Origin: an uncultured Candidatus Rokubacteria bacterium
GTDB taxonomy: Bacteria > Methylomirabilota > Methylomirabilia > Rokubacteriales > DASRDR01
Length of the DNA: 64,000 nt
Reading direction: 5' to 3'
NCBI GenBank assembly: GCA_963826115.1
Contig: CAWGVS010000012.1
Location: forward strand, 1-64,000
A model generated the notes under the pieces. It did not search any database. It saw only the letters and a list, made by a program, of their open reading frames with translations, and had not been told where the DNA came from. How positions within the stretch are numbered: position 1 is the first letter of the stretch; the number at the start of each line of letters is the position of its first letter. Shown in pieces: positions 22,491 through 31,543 of this stretch. A program made the translations under genes and the position numbers.

Positions 22491-23690
22491 ATGGACTTCA
22501 GGTTGACTCCCGAGCAGGAGACATTTCGCGCCGAGGTGCGCGCCTGGCTCTCGGCCAACCTGCCGCCGGACTGGTCCGCACGGGCCGTCGTCACCGAGGT
22601 GCCGCGCGCGGAGCTCTACGATTTCGGCCGCCACTGGCAGCGGAAGCTCCACGAGGCCGGGCTCCTCGGGCTCACCTGGCCGAAGGAGTACGGGGGCCGC
22701 GGGCTCACGTGGATGGAGGAACTCCTGCTCCACGAGGAGCTGATCCAGCACCGGGCGCCGCCGCCCCTCAACGTCCTCGGACTCGGCATGGCCGGCCCGA
22801 CCATCATCGCGTACGGCACCGACGCCCAGAAGCAGCGCTACCTCCAGAAGATCCTGACGTGCGAGGAGATCTGGTGCCAGGGCTACTCCGAGCCCAACGC
22901 GGGCTCCGACCTGGCGTCGCTCCAGACCCGGGCCGTGCGGGACGGCGACCACTACGTCGTCAACGGCCAGAAGGTCTGGACGAGCCTCGCGCAGATCTCG
23001 GACTGGATGATGCTGCTCGCCCGCACCGACCCGAGCGCGCCGAAGCACAAGGGCCTCACGTACTTCCTCCTCGACATGCACTCCCCCGGCATCACCGTGC
23101 GGCCGCTCCGCCAGATCACCGGCGACGCCGAGTTCAACGAGGTGTTCTTCGAGAACGTGCGGGTGCCCGCGGAGAACATCCTCGGCGTCGAGGGCCAGGG
23201 CTGGCAGGTCGGGATCACGACGCTCATGTACGAGCGCCTCGCGCTCGGGTTCGGGCTCCAGGCCCGATTCGAGATCGCCACCGGCGCGACGCTCGACCTG
23301 GCCCGCCGGATGTCGCGCGAGGGCGAGCCCGCCGCGAAGAGCCCGGTCATGCGCCAGCGACTGGCGCAGCTGGTCATCGACAACGCGGTGTTCAAGTACA
23401 CCGCCAAGCGGGCCATCACCAAGCTCCTCCGGGGCGAGATGCCCGGCTCCGAGGCCTCGGCCGGCAAGATCTGGTGGTGCGACCGCCACCAGGCCCTCCA
23501 GGATCTCGCCCAGGACCTCCTGGGCTCGTACGGGCAGCTCGCGAAGGGCTCGCCCTGGGCCGTCGACCGTGGCAGCTGGCACTACACGTTCCTCCGGTCG
23601 CGCGCCAACTCGATCGAGGGCGGCACGACGGAGATCCAGCGCAACATCCTGGCCGAGCGCGTCCTCGGTCTGCCGAAGGACTCGGCCTGA
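22491..23690 (+). CDS. Acyl-CoA dehydrogenase (catalytic subunit type)
   Basis: WCQGYSEPNAGSDLASL, NGQKVWTS, FNEVFF, IEGGTTEIQRNI; GGAGG RBS. Confidence 0.93.
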   Translation: MDFRLTPEQETFRAEVRAWLSANLPPDWSARAVVTEVPRAELYDFGRHWQRKLHEAGLLGLTWPKEYGGRGLTWMEELLLHEELIQHRAPPPLNVLGLGMAGPTIIAYGTDAQKQRYLQKILTCEEIWCQGYSEPNAGSDLASLQTRAVRDGDHYVVNGQKVWTSLAQISDWMMLLARTDPSAPKHKGLTYFLLDMHSPGITVRPLRQITGDAEFNEVFFENVRVPAENILGVEGQGWQVGITTLMYERLALGFGLQARFEIATGATLDLARRMSREGEPAAKSPVMRQRLAQLVIDNAVFKYTAKRAITKLLRGEMPGSEASAGKIWWCDRHQALQDLAQDLLGSYGQLAKGSPWAVDRGSWHYTFLRSRANSIEGGTTEIQRNILAERVLGLPKDSA

Positions 23691-24838
23691 TGGACTTCGG
23701 CTTCAGCCAGGAACAGGACCTCCTCCGCCAGACGGCGCGGACCTTCCTCGAGAAGGAGTGCCCGTCCGGGTTCGTCCGCCGGATGATGGACGACGAGACC
23801 GGCACGACCGACGAGTTCTGGGCGAAGCTCGCGGAGCTCGGGTGGCTCGGCCTGGTCACGCCCGAGGCGGACGGCGGGATGGGCCTCGGGCTCGTCGACC
23901 TCACCGTCGTGCTGGAAGAGATGGGGCGGGCCGTGATGCCGGGGCCGTTCTTCTCGACGGTGCTCCTCGGCGGCCTCGCGATCCGGGATGCGGGCTCGGA
24001 GGCGCAGCGGACGGCGTGGCTTCCCCGGATCGCCACGGGAGAGGCCCGGGTGACCTTCGCCCTCCTCGAGGAAAGCGCCCGGTGGGATGCCGCCGGCGTG
24101 GAGCTCTCCGCGAAGCCCGGCAAGAACGGGGGCTTCGTCCTGTCGGGCACGAAGCTCTTCGTCCTCGATGGGCACTCGGCGGACCTCCTGATCGTGGCCG
24201 CCCGGACCGCCCGCGCGACGAAGGACGATCCGAGCCACGGCGTCAGCCTCTTCCTGGTCCCGACAGACCGGAAGGGCGTCCGGACCACGCTCCTCCCGAC
24301 GATGGACCAGACGCGGAAGCTCGCCGAGGTCGCGCTCTCGCGAGTCGAGGTCGGCGCCGACGCGCTCCTGGGCCCCGTCCACCAGGGCTGGCCGATCGCG
24401 GCCCGGGTGCTGGACCGCGCGGCCGTCGCGCTCTGCGCCGAGATGTGCGGCGGGGCCCAGCGGGTGCTGGATCTCTCGACCGACTACGCCAAGATGCGCG
24501 TCGCCTTCGGAAAGCCGATCGGCACCTACCAGGCCGTGAAGCACCGGTGCGCCGACATGCTGGTGGCGATCGAGAACGCGAAGTCCATCACCTACTACGC
24601 CGCGTGGGCCGCCGACCAGGACGCGCCCGACGCCGCGCTGGCCGCCTCGATGGCCAAGGCCTTCGTGTCCGACGCGTACCGGAAGGTCGCCGGCGACGGG
24701 ATCCAGGTCCACGGCGGGATCGGCTTCACCTGGGAGCACGATCTGCACCTTTACTTCAAGCGCGCCAAGGGCTCCGAGGTCGCGTTCGGGGACGCGACGC
24801 TCCACCGGGAGCGCGTGGCGCGCCTCCTGGAGCTCTAG
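23690..24838 (+). CDS. Acyl-CoA dehydrogenase (partner subunit, probable alpha2beta2 pair)
   Basis: TGATG coupling with the upstream gene; EEMGRAVMPGP, FGKPIGTYQAVKH, IQVHGGIGFTWEHDLHLYFKRA. Confidence 0.92.
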   Translation: MDFGFSQEQDLLRQTARTFLEKECPSGFVRRMMDDETGTTDEFWAKLAELGWLGLVTPEADGGMGLGLVDLTVVLEEMGRAVMPGPFFSTVLLGGLAIRDAGSEAQRTAWLPRIATGEARVTFALLEESARWDAAGVELSAKPGKNGGFVLSGTKLFVLDGHSADLLIVAARTARATKDDPSHGVSLFLVPTDRKGVRTTLLPTMDQTRKLAEVALSRVEVGADALLGPVHQGWPIAARVLDRAAVALCAEMCGGAQRVLDLSTDYAKMRVAFGKPIGTYQAVKHRCADMLVAIENAKSITYYAAWAADQDAPDAALAASMAKAFVSDAYRKVAGDGIQVHGGIGFTWEHDLHLYFKRAKGSEVAFGDATLHRERVARLLEL

Positions 24839-24848
24839 TCCGGGCCGG

Positions 24849-25844
24849 GTGATGGCGGCGCCACCCGACAAGCTCAAGCTCAAGCGCCAGGTCCTCCGGG
24901 GGGCCGTCCGGGAGAACGTCGAGACGATCCGCGGGCTCCCGCCGGCGCCGCTCCGCGCCGGCACGCGTCTCCGCCGGGGCGCGATCCAGGCGACGCTTCT
25001 CGTGGCCCTCCCCGCCCTCGGACTCCTCGCCTACAACCCCCTCTCGGGTAGCGCGCCGGACCGCGCAGCCGTGCTCGCCACGGCCCCGGCGGTCCTGACC
25101 TTCCGAGCGCCGAAGGCGATCGGGCCCGTCACCGCCTCCCTGACGGTCAAGAAGCTCGTCCTGGACCCCGGGCACGGCGGCAACGACTCCGGCGCCCGCG
25201 CCCAGGGGGTGTGGGAGAAGGAGATCACGCTCCACATCGCGCGCGAGCTGCGCGGCCTCCTCAAGCGGGCGAACTACGACGTCGCGATGACCCGGGACGC
25301 CGACAGCTTCGTCTCGCTCCGCCAGCGGGCGCAGATGGCCAACCTAGAGCACGCCGACCTCTTCGTGTCGATCCACGTCAACTCGGTCCCGTCGCGGGAG
25401 TGCCACGCGGTCGAGACCTATTACCTCGGGCCGGCCGACGACCCGCGGGCCGAGCAGCTCGCCGGCAAGGAGAACCACGAGTCGGGCTATCATCTGGCGG
25501 ACTTCCGCCGGCTCCTCGAGGGCGTGTACGTCCACGTCCGGCAGGCGGAGTCGCGGAAGCTGGCCCAGGTCGTCCAGCAGGAGCTGGTCTCGGCCCTGGG
25601 CGACACGAATCCCGCGATCCGGGACAAGGGGGTGCGCAGCGCGCCGTTCCTGGTCCTCGTGGCCAGCGAGAGCCCCGGCATCCTCGCCGAGGTCTCGTGC
25701 CTGTCGAACGACGAGGAGGCGGGGCGGCTCGCCGACCCGTCCTATCGCCAGCGCATCGCGCGCGCGCTCTTCCACGGCATCCACGCGTACGCGGAGGCTC
25801 GCAACCGCGTCGCCAAGCTGGGCCAGGCCCCAGGGAGCCCGTAG
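24849..25844 (+). CDS. N-acetylmuramoyl-L-alanine amidase (Amidase_3) with N-terminal membrane anchor
   Basis: LVLDPGHGG, EKEITL, LFVSIHVNS and ILAEVSCLSN carry the Zn ligands and catalytic Glu; hydrophobic AIQATLLVALPALGLLAY follows a basic N-terminus; no AMIN domain recognised. Confidence 0.92.
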   Translation: MMAAPPDKLKLKRQVLRGAVRENVETIRGLPPAPLRAGTRLRRGAIQATLLVALPALGLLAYNPLSGSAPDRAAVLATAPAVLTFRAPKAIGPVTASLTVKKLVLDPGHGGNDSGARAQGVWEKEITLHIARELRGLLKRANYDVAMTRDADSFVSLRQRAQMANLEHADLFVSIHVNSVPSRECHAVETYYLGPADDPRAEQLAGKENHESGYHLADFRRLLEGVYVHVRQAESRKLAQVVQQELVSALGDTNPAIRDKGVRSAPFLVLVASESPGILAEVSCLSNDEEAGRLADPSYRQRIARALFHGIHAYAEARNRVAKLGQAPGSP

Positions 25845-26864
25845 ATGACCAAGAAGACCGATGTCCTCCACGTCGGCATCGATCTCGGCACCTCCCGCAG
25901 CTCGATCTCCGCGTCGAACGGCGGCCGGCACGTCGTGGAGAGCTACGTCGGCTGGCCGGTCGACATGGTGGCCCGGCGCCTCGTGAAGAAGCCCATCCTG
26001 TTCGGCCGGGAGGCGCTCGACAGCCGGCCGATGCTCGACCTCCGCCGTCCGCTCGAGCGGGGCCTCATCAAGGAGGGGTCGGAACGGGACGAGCTGGCGG
26101 TGCGGGAGCTCCTGCGGCACCTCATCTCGCTCGCGGGCGGGCGCGAGGGTCAGCCGATCCGCGCGGTGGTGGGCGTGCCCGCCGAGGCGCTGCGCGTGAG
26201 CCGGCAGAACCTCCGGAGTGCCGTCAAGGGTGTCGCCGACGGGCTCATGATCGTGTCCGAGCCCTTCGCCGTGTCCTACGGGATGGACGCCCTCCTCCAC
26301 ACGATGATCGTCGACATCGGCGCCGGGACGACCGACTTCTGCGTCATGCGCGGGCGCTACCCGACCGAGGAGGACCAGCGGACGCTCACGAACGCGGGCG
26401 ACTCCATCGACGAGCAGCTGATGACCCTCGTCCGGGCGAAGCACCCCGACGCCCAGTTCTCCATCTACATGGTCCGCGAGTGGAAGGAGAAGTGGAGCTT
26501 CGTCGGCGAACCGCCGGCCCCGGTGGTCGTCACCGTCATGAAGGCCGCCAAGGCGACGCCGATCGACGTCACCAGCGAGATGCGACGGGCGTGCGAGAGC
26601 GTGGTGGCGCCGATCACGGAGACGATGGCCGACCTCCTGGCGCGGGTCGAGCCCGAGTACCAGGAGCGCGTCCGCCACAACATCATCCTGGCGGGGGGGG
26701 GCTCCCAGATCCCCGGGCTCGCCGGGGCGATGGAGAAGGCCCTCGGCGACTACGGCGGCGGCGCCGTGCGCGTGGTGGAGGACCCGGTCTTCGCCGGCTC
26801 GAACGGGAGCCTCGCGATCGCGCTCGACGCCTCCGAGGGCGACTGGGAGTCCCTCGCCGGCTAG
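25845..26864 (+). CDS. MamK-like bacterial actin
   Basis: Actin motifs GIDLGTS, VSEPF, IVDIGAGTTD and ILAGGGS, plus MamK-type segments VGWPVD, PLERG, PTEEDQRTLTNAG, KEKWSFVG, EPEYQ, VEDPVFAG and a C-terminal WxxL. Confidence 0.88.
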   Translation: MTKKTDVLHVGIDLGTSRSSISASNGGRHVVESYVGWPVDMVARRLVKKPILFGREALDSRPMLDLRRPLERGLIKEGSERDELAVRELLRHLISLAGGREGQPIRAVVGVPAEALRVSRQNLRSAVKGVADGLMIVSEPFAVSYGMDALLHTMIVDIGAGTTDFCVMRGRYPTEEDQRTLTNAGDSIDEQLMTLVRAKHPDAQFSIYMVREWKEKWSFVGEPPAPVVVTVMKAAKATPIDVTSEMRRACESVVAPITETMADLLARVEPEYQERVRHNIILAGGGSQIPGLAGAMEKALGDYGGGAVRVVEDPVFAGSNGSLAIALDASEGDWESLAG

Positions 26865-26888
26865 CGCCGGGCCTGGCCGCGCCCCGGG

Positions 26889-26897
26889 TGCTACACT
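26889..26897 (+). promoter_or_regulatory. Extended -10 (TGCTACACT), probable leaderless promoter of the NUDIX-MBL pair
   Basis: TGn-TACACT ends 7 nt before GTG 26905; no SD. Confidence 0.55.
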
Positions 26898-26904
26898 CGC
26901 GGTC

Positions 26905-27702
26905 GTGCCCGTCGAGCCCCGGCCCGCGGCCTCCGTCCTCCTGATCCGGCCCGGCCAGGCGGCGCCCATCGAGGTCTTCCTGATCCGCCGGGCGCGCGAC
27001 ATGCGCTTCCTCGGCGGCTACTACGCCTTCCCCGGCGGCAAGGTCGACCTCGCGGACCGGAGTCACGAGGCCCTCGTCCGGACCCACGGTCTGTCCCCCG
27101 AGGCCGCGGCCCGCGCGATCGGCGACCCGGGCGACGAGGTCCCCGCCCTCGCGTACTGGCTCGCCGGCGTCCGCGAGGTCTTCGAGGAGACCGGCGTGCT
27201 GCTGGCCCGCGACGCCGACGGCCGGCCCGTCGCCGCCGGCGAGCCGCACGTCGCACATCGACTCGAGGGCCACCGGCGGGCGCTCGTCCGCGGGGATCGG
27301 TCGTTCACCGCGGTCCTGGCGGCGGAGGACTGGACGGCCGACGTCGGGCCGCTCCGCTACCTCTCCCACTTCGTGACGCCGCCGGCGAGCCCGATCCGCT
27401 TCTCCGCCCGCTTCTTCCTGTGCCCCGTGCCGGCCGGCCAGGGGCCGCGGCTGATCGCCGAGGAAGCCTCCGAGGGCTTCTGGGTCGATCCGGCCGAGGC
27501 GCACCGGCGCTTCCGGGCCCACGAGTGGCCGATGGCGGAACCGGCGGAGTACGGCACCCAGTACCTCGCCCAGTTCGAGTCGTGCGAGGCGGTGTGGCGC
27601 CACCACGCCGACGGCCGGCCGAAGTTCGACGGCATCATCGACCGCCTCGACGCCGCGCGGTACTACCTCTTCGACTGGTCGACAGTGGTGCGGCCCGCGT
27701 GA
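26905..27702 (+). CDS. NUDIX hydrolase (NUDT19-like)
   Basis: PRPAASVLL, FPGGKVD, GVREVFEETG, FVTP...RFSARFF. Confidence 0.88.
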   Translation: MPVEPRPAASVLLIRPGQAAPIEVFLIRRARDMRFLGGYYAFPGGKVDLADRSHEALVRTHGLSPEAAARAIGDPGDEVPALAYWLAGVREVFEETGVLLARDADGRPVAAGEPHVAHRLEGHRRALVRGDRSFTAVLAAEDWTADVGPLRYLSHFVTPPASPIRFSARFFLCPVPAGQGPRLIAEEASEGFWVDPAEAHRRFRAHEWPMAEPAEYGTQYLAQFESCEAVWRHHADGRPKFDGIIDRLDAARYYLFDWSTVVRPA

Positions 27703-28547
27703 GCGCGCCGCGGCCGCCGGGTATTCCCGAGACGGCGCGGCTCACGCCGCTGGTGGGGCGCGTCCTCGGGCTGAACCCCGGGCTCATGACGGGGCCCGGC
27801 ACCAACACGTACCTGGTCGGCGCGCGCCGGCCCATCCTGCTCGACACCGGCGCCGGGGTCCGCGGGTACATCCGGCTCCTGACCGCGTTCCTCGGCGCGG
27901 AGGGCGAGACCGAGGTGTCGCGGGTGATCCTGACGCACCGGCACGTCGACCACATCGGCGGCGTGCCCGACGTCCGGCGCGCCTTCCCGCGCGTGCCCGT
28001 CGCCAAGCTCGTGAAGAACGACGCGACGCTGCCGGTTCCCATGGAGTCGCTCGGCGACGGCGCGGTGATCCGGGGCGACGGCGTCACCCTCCACGCGATC
28101 TACACGCCCGGCCACGCGTCCGATCACCTCTGCTACTACCTCGAGGAGGAACGGGCGCTCTTCACCGGCGACCTGATCCTGGGCGGCTCGACGACGGTGA
28201 TCCCGCCCGACGACGGCGACCTCGCGGACTACCTCGCGTCCCTCCGGCGGGTGCTCGAGCTCGACGTCCAGCGCATCTACCCGGCCCACGGGCCGGTCCT
28301 CGAGCCGGCGCGGCCGGTGATCGAGGGCTACATCGCCCACCGCCTCGAGCGCGACCGGCAGATCCTCGCCGCCGTCGGGGACGGCGCCGAGACCGTCGCC
28401 GACATCGTGGCCCGCGTCTACCGCGAGGTCGCGCCCGCGCTCCATCCGGTGGCGCGCCTGTCCGTGCTCTCGCACCTCCAGAAGCTCGAGCGCGAGGAAC
28501 GCGTCCGCCGCCTCGCCGGCGACCCGCCGCGCTTCCGCCTCGCCTGA
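27699..28547 (+). CDS. Metallo-beta-lactamase fold hydrolase (LACTB2-like, with winged-helix tail)
   Basis: NPGLMTGPGTNTY, THRHVDHIGG, TPGHASDH, FTGD, YPAHG; GTGA overlap. Confidence 0.9.
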   Translation: MSAPRPPGIPETARLTPLVGRVLGLNPGLMTGPGTNTYLVGARRPILLDTGAGVRGYIRLLTAFLGAEGETEVSRVILTHRHVDHIGGVPDVRRAFPRVPVAKLVKNDATLPVPMESLGDGAVIRGDGVTLHAIYTPGHASDHLCYYLEEERALFTGDLILGGSTTVIPPDDGDLADYLASLRRVLELDVQRIYPAHGPVLEPARPVIEGYIAHRLERDRQILAAVGDGAETVADIVARVYREVAPALHPVARLSVLSHLQKLEREERVRRLAGDPPRFRLA

Positions 28548-28709
28548 CGGGGCCGGCGCCCGCCAGGCCACCCGCATCCTTCCCGATCCACCCCGTCCAC
28601 CGTTCTCGACGGGGGGCCCGACCTCCGGCCGCTGCTCGGCCAATTCCCACGCGCGCTAACTATCCGCCAAATGCGCGCCACGCGCCGGCGGGGGGCGCGC
28701 CGCGTCACC

Positions 28710-28725
28710 TGGCACCACCGTTGCT
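28710..28725 (+). promoter_or_regulatory. Sigma54 (RpoN) -24/-12 promoter
   Basis: TGGCAC-CACCG-TTGCT matches the TGGCAC-N5-TTGC consensus, about 20 nt before the pilin ATG. Confidence 0.8.
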
Positions 28726-28746
28726 CGTGAGTGGGCGGAGGCCGAC

Positions 28747-29196
28747 ATGCGGGATCAAGAGCGCGGGGTCACGCTGGTCGAGGTCGTCGTCGTCCTGCTG
28801 GTGCTCGCCGTCCTCATGGGCGTCGCCGTCCCCACGGTCGGCGCGGCCCTGGAGGGGTACCGGGCCGGCGGCGCGACCGCCGATCTCTACGCGGCGGTCC
28901 ACCTCGCGAAGGCGCGTGCGCGCGCCCGGGGCGTGACGCACGCGCTCGTCCTCGATCCCGACGGACGCGGCTTCCGGATCGTCGCCGACCCCGGCGGCGA
29001 CGCGCAGACGGTCGAGGGGCCGCACCGCCTCGGGGACGGGGCGGTCGCGACCACCAACGTCACGATCCAGTTCTCGTCGAAGGGCTTTGCCGTGCCCGCG
29101 GGGACCATCACGATCCGGAGCGGCGGCGAGACCCGCCGCATCGTGGTGAGCCTCCTCGGCCGGGCGCGCATCGCTGCCGGCGAGGACCCGAGCTGA
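28747..29196 (+). CDS. Type IV pilin-like protein (GspH/FimT family)
   Basis: Prepilin site RG|VTLVE followed by a hydrophobic helix; IQFSSKG and IVVSLLGRARI resemble the FimT/GspH C-terminus. Confidence 0.88.
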   Translation: MRDQERGVTLVEVVVVLLVLAVLMGVAVPTVGAALEGYRAGGATADLYAAVHLAKARARARGVTHALVLDPDGRGFRIVADPGGDAQTVEGPHRLGDGAVATTNVTIQFSSKGFAVPAGTITIRSGGETRRIVVSLLGRARIAAGEDPS

Positions 29197-29207
29197 GGAG
29201 GTGCCTC

Positions 29208-29474
29208 ATGGCCACGACGGACACCCGGCGGGGACGGAACGGGCGGCAGGACGTGGGCGCGGCCTGGCAGAAGAGCGGCTCGAGCGGGCCGTTCCTCGCC
29301 ATCGAGATCGACGCCGGCGCGGTGATCGCCGACGCGATCGCGGCGCTCCTGCGCGGCGACGAGCGCCTCAGCTACCTCGCCTTCACCAACGAGAAGAAGC
29401 CCGACGGGCGGGAGGGCCAGCCCGACCTGCGCTTCGTCCGCCCGCTCCGGCGCGGCGGCGACGACGCGGCCTGA
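29208..29474 (+). CDS. Small hypothetical protein, DUF736-like motifs
   Basis: GAGGAGG RBS; VGAAWQK...FLAIEID and AFTNEKK...QPDLRF. Confidence 0.55.
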   Translation: MATTDTRRGRNGRQDVGAAWQKSGSSGPFLAIEIDAGAVIADAIAALLRGDERLSYLAFTNEKKPDGREGQPDLRFVRPLRRGGDDAA

Positions 29475-29855
29475 GGGTCCGGCGGCGACGCCGGCCCACC
29501 GAGGACTCGCCCCGACGGGGCGGCGCGTCGATTGCCGGGCCCGGCGCCAGCCCGGTCGGATGGCGGCGCCGCGTCACCCCGAGACGTCGGCGATCTTTCT
29601 CGACGCCGTCGCCCTCCGGATCATCGCGGGCTTCGCGTGGATGGCGTAGCTCACCCGTGACATCGGCCGCATGGTCAAGGCCGTGGCGGGCCAGATGTCC
29701 CCGGAGGCCGAGACGACTCGCGCCACCCGCCCGCCCGCGACCGCTGACCCCGGCCGCAGCCGCGTCATTCCCCGGCCACGCTCCTCTCCACGCCCTTCTG
29801 TGTCAGACTGGGCTCGCCGCACGTGACGCGCTGCTTGCCGAAAGGAGCGACGACG

Positions 29856-30219
29856 ATGGAATGTCGAGCGGGACGTTGCCGGATCGTGTGCCCTCCGGGC
29901 GGGTGCGCCTGCATCTACACGTACGCGACGGACTCCTGCGACTGCGAGTGCTTCGGCGAGGAGCCGAGCGGCTCCGCCGGGGTGCTGAGCCTGGGGACCA
30001 AGGTCGACGTCTGCGTCTCGGGCCTGCCGCTCGGGCCAGGTCGCGGGGAAGTTCGACCGGCTGCTGGCCCGCGATGTGCTGGTCCCAGCGTCGCGCGTCA
30101 AGAAGACGGTGCGGCTCAAGCTGAAGGGCGTGACCGTCTCGGCGGCCATGCGGGCGCTGGGGCTGCGCACTCAGAAGGCCGTGAAGCCACGTCGAGCCAA
30201 GCGTCGCGCGGCGCGGTAG
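29856..30219 (+). CDS. Cys-rich small protein with secretin-N0/STN-like C-terminal domain (apparent +1 frameshift at 30033-30035)
   Basis: AAAGGAG RBS; 8 Cys in the first 32 aa; removing one G gives ...GLPLGQVAGKFDRLLARDVLVPASRVKKTVRLKLKGVTVSAAMRALGL..., 120 aa. Confidence 0.55.
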
Positions 30220-30325
30220 CGCGCGACGCCACCGGACCGCCCCGTCGCCGACGTGACGCCCTGCGGACCGCGTGGCGCCATGAGCTCGCGGTCCGCGGGG
30301 ACGTGAATCTCGTCGTGATCCGTTC

Positions 30326-31543
30326 GTGACCCGCGCCCCGCTCGGCGACGTCCGGATCCTGGTCTGGATGTGCGTCCTCATCGGGATCAACCAGCTCGGG
30401 TTCGGGAGCGTCGTCCCGGTGCTCCCGCTGTATGCCCGATCGTTCGGTGTGTCCCAGGCGGCGATCGGGCTCGCGATCGCCGTCTACGGTCTGGGCCGCT
30501 TCCTCATCGCCGTGCCCGTGGGGCACCTCTCGGACCGGCTCGGCCGGCGCCCCGTGCTCGCGCTCGGCGGCCTCGTGACCGCCGCGGGCAACCTCCTCTG
30601 CGCGTACGCGCCCAACTACCCGACCTTCATCGGCGCCCGGTTCGTGGCCGGCGTCGGGGCCGCGTTCACGCTGACCGCGGGCCAGATCGTGCTCGCCGAC
30701 ATCACCACGCCGGCGGTACGCGGGCGGGCCATGGCCATCTACCAGGGGGCCTTCCTCCTCGCGGTCGGCATCGGCCCCTTCCCGGGCGGCCTCCTCGCCG
30801 AGCACTTCGGGCTACCGGCGCCGTTCGTGGCCTACGCGGTCACCGGCACGCTCGCCGCCCTGGTGGCCTGGCTCTGGGTCCCCGAGACGATGGGCTTCCG
30901 CCGTCCGGACATCGAAGCCTCGGTCTCCCCCGCCCCGCCGTTCAGCGCGCAGCTCCGCCTCCTCGGCCGCCGCGTCGGGTTCCTCCTCGCCTGTCTGGTC
31001 AGCTTCGCCGCCGCCTTCACCCGGACGGGCGCGCTGTTCAACGTGATCCCGGTCCTCGGCCAGGACCGCCTGCGGCTCAGCCCCGACCGGATCGGGCTCG
31101 CCCTCGCGGTCAGCAGCCTCGCGGGCTTCGGCCTCGCGTACCCCGCCGGGGTGCTGGTGGACCGCTACGGCCGCAAGCCCGTCATCGTGCCGGCGACGCT
31201 CCTGACCGCGGCCTCGCTGCTCCTGTTCCTGCTGGCCCCGTCGTACGCGTGGTTCCTGATGGCCTCGCTCCTGTGGAGCGCCGCCCAGGGCGTCGGCGGG
31301 GTCGCGCCGGCCGCGTACGCGGCGGACATGGCGCCGCCGCAGATGAACGCGGCCGCGATGAGCCTCTACCGGACGCTGTCCGACTCGGGCTACGTCATCG
31401 GGCCGATCGTCCTCGGGCTCGTCAGCGACGGCCTCGGCATCGAGGCCGCACTGGCGGCCGGGGCCGGGCTCCTCGCCGTCGTCGGGCTCCTGTTCGCGTG
31501 GGGAGCGCCCGAGACGTATCGCCGCGCGCCCGGCGCGGCATGA
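30326..31543 (+). CDS. MFS transporter (12-TM type)
   Basis: GHLSDRLGRRP and GVLVDRYGRKP motif A repeats. Confidence 0.9.
   Translation: MTRAPLGDVRILVWMCVLIGINQLGFGSVVPVLPLYARSFGVSQAAIGLAIAVYGLGRFLIAVPVGHLSDRLGRRPVLALGGLVTAAGNLLCAYAPNYPTFIGARFVAGVGAAFTLTAGQIVLADITTPAVRGRAMAIYQGAFLLAVGIGPFPGGLLAEHFGLPAPFVAYAVTGTLAALVAWLWVPETMGFRRPDIEASVSPAPPFSAQLRLLGRRVGFLLACLVSFAAAFTRTGALFNVIPVLGQDRLRLSPDRIGLALAVSSLAGFGLAYPAGVLVDRYGRKPVIVPATLLTAASLLLFLLAPSYAWFLMASLLWSAAQGVGGVAPAAYAADMAPPQMNAAAMSLYRTLSDSGYVIGPIVLGLVSDGLGIEAALAAGAGLLAVVGLLFAWGAPETYRRAPGAA

Noticed and set aside
25845-26864. Calling the actin mreB, or calling the organism magnetotactic
   Set aside because: MreB signatures and mreCD/rodA context are missing, and no other mam genes are in the window.
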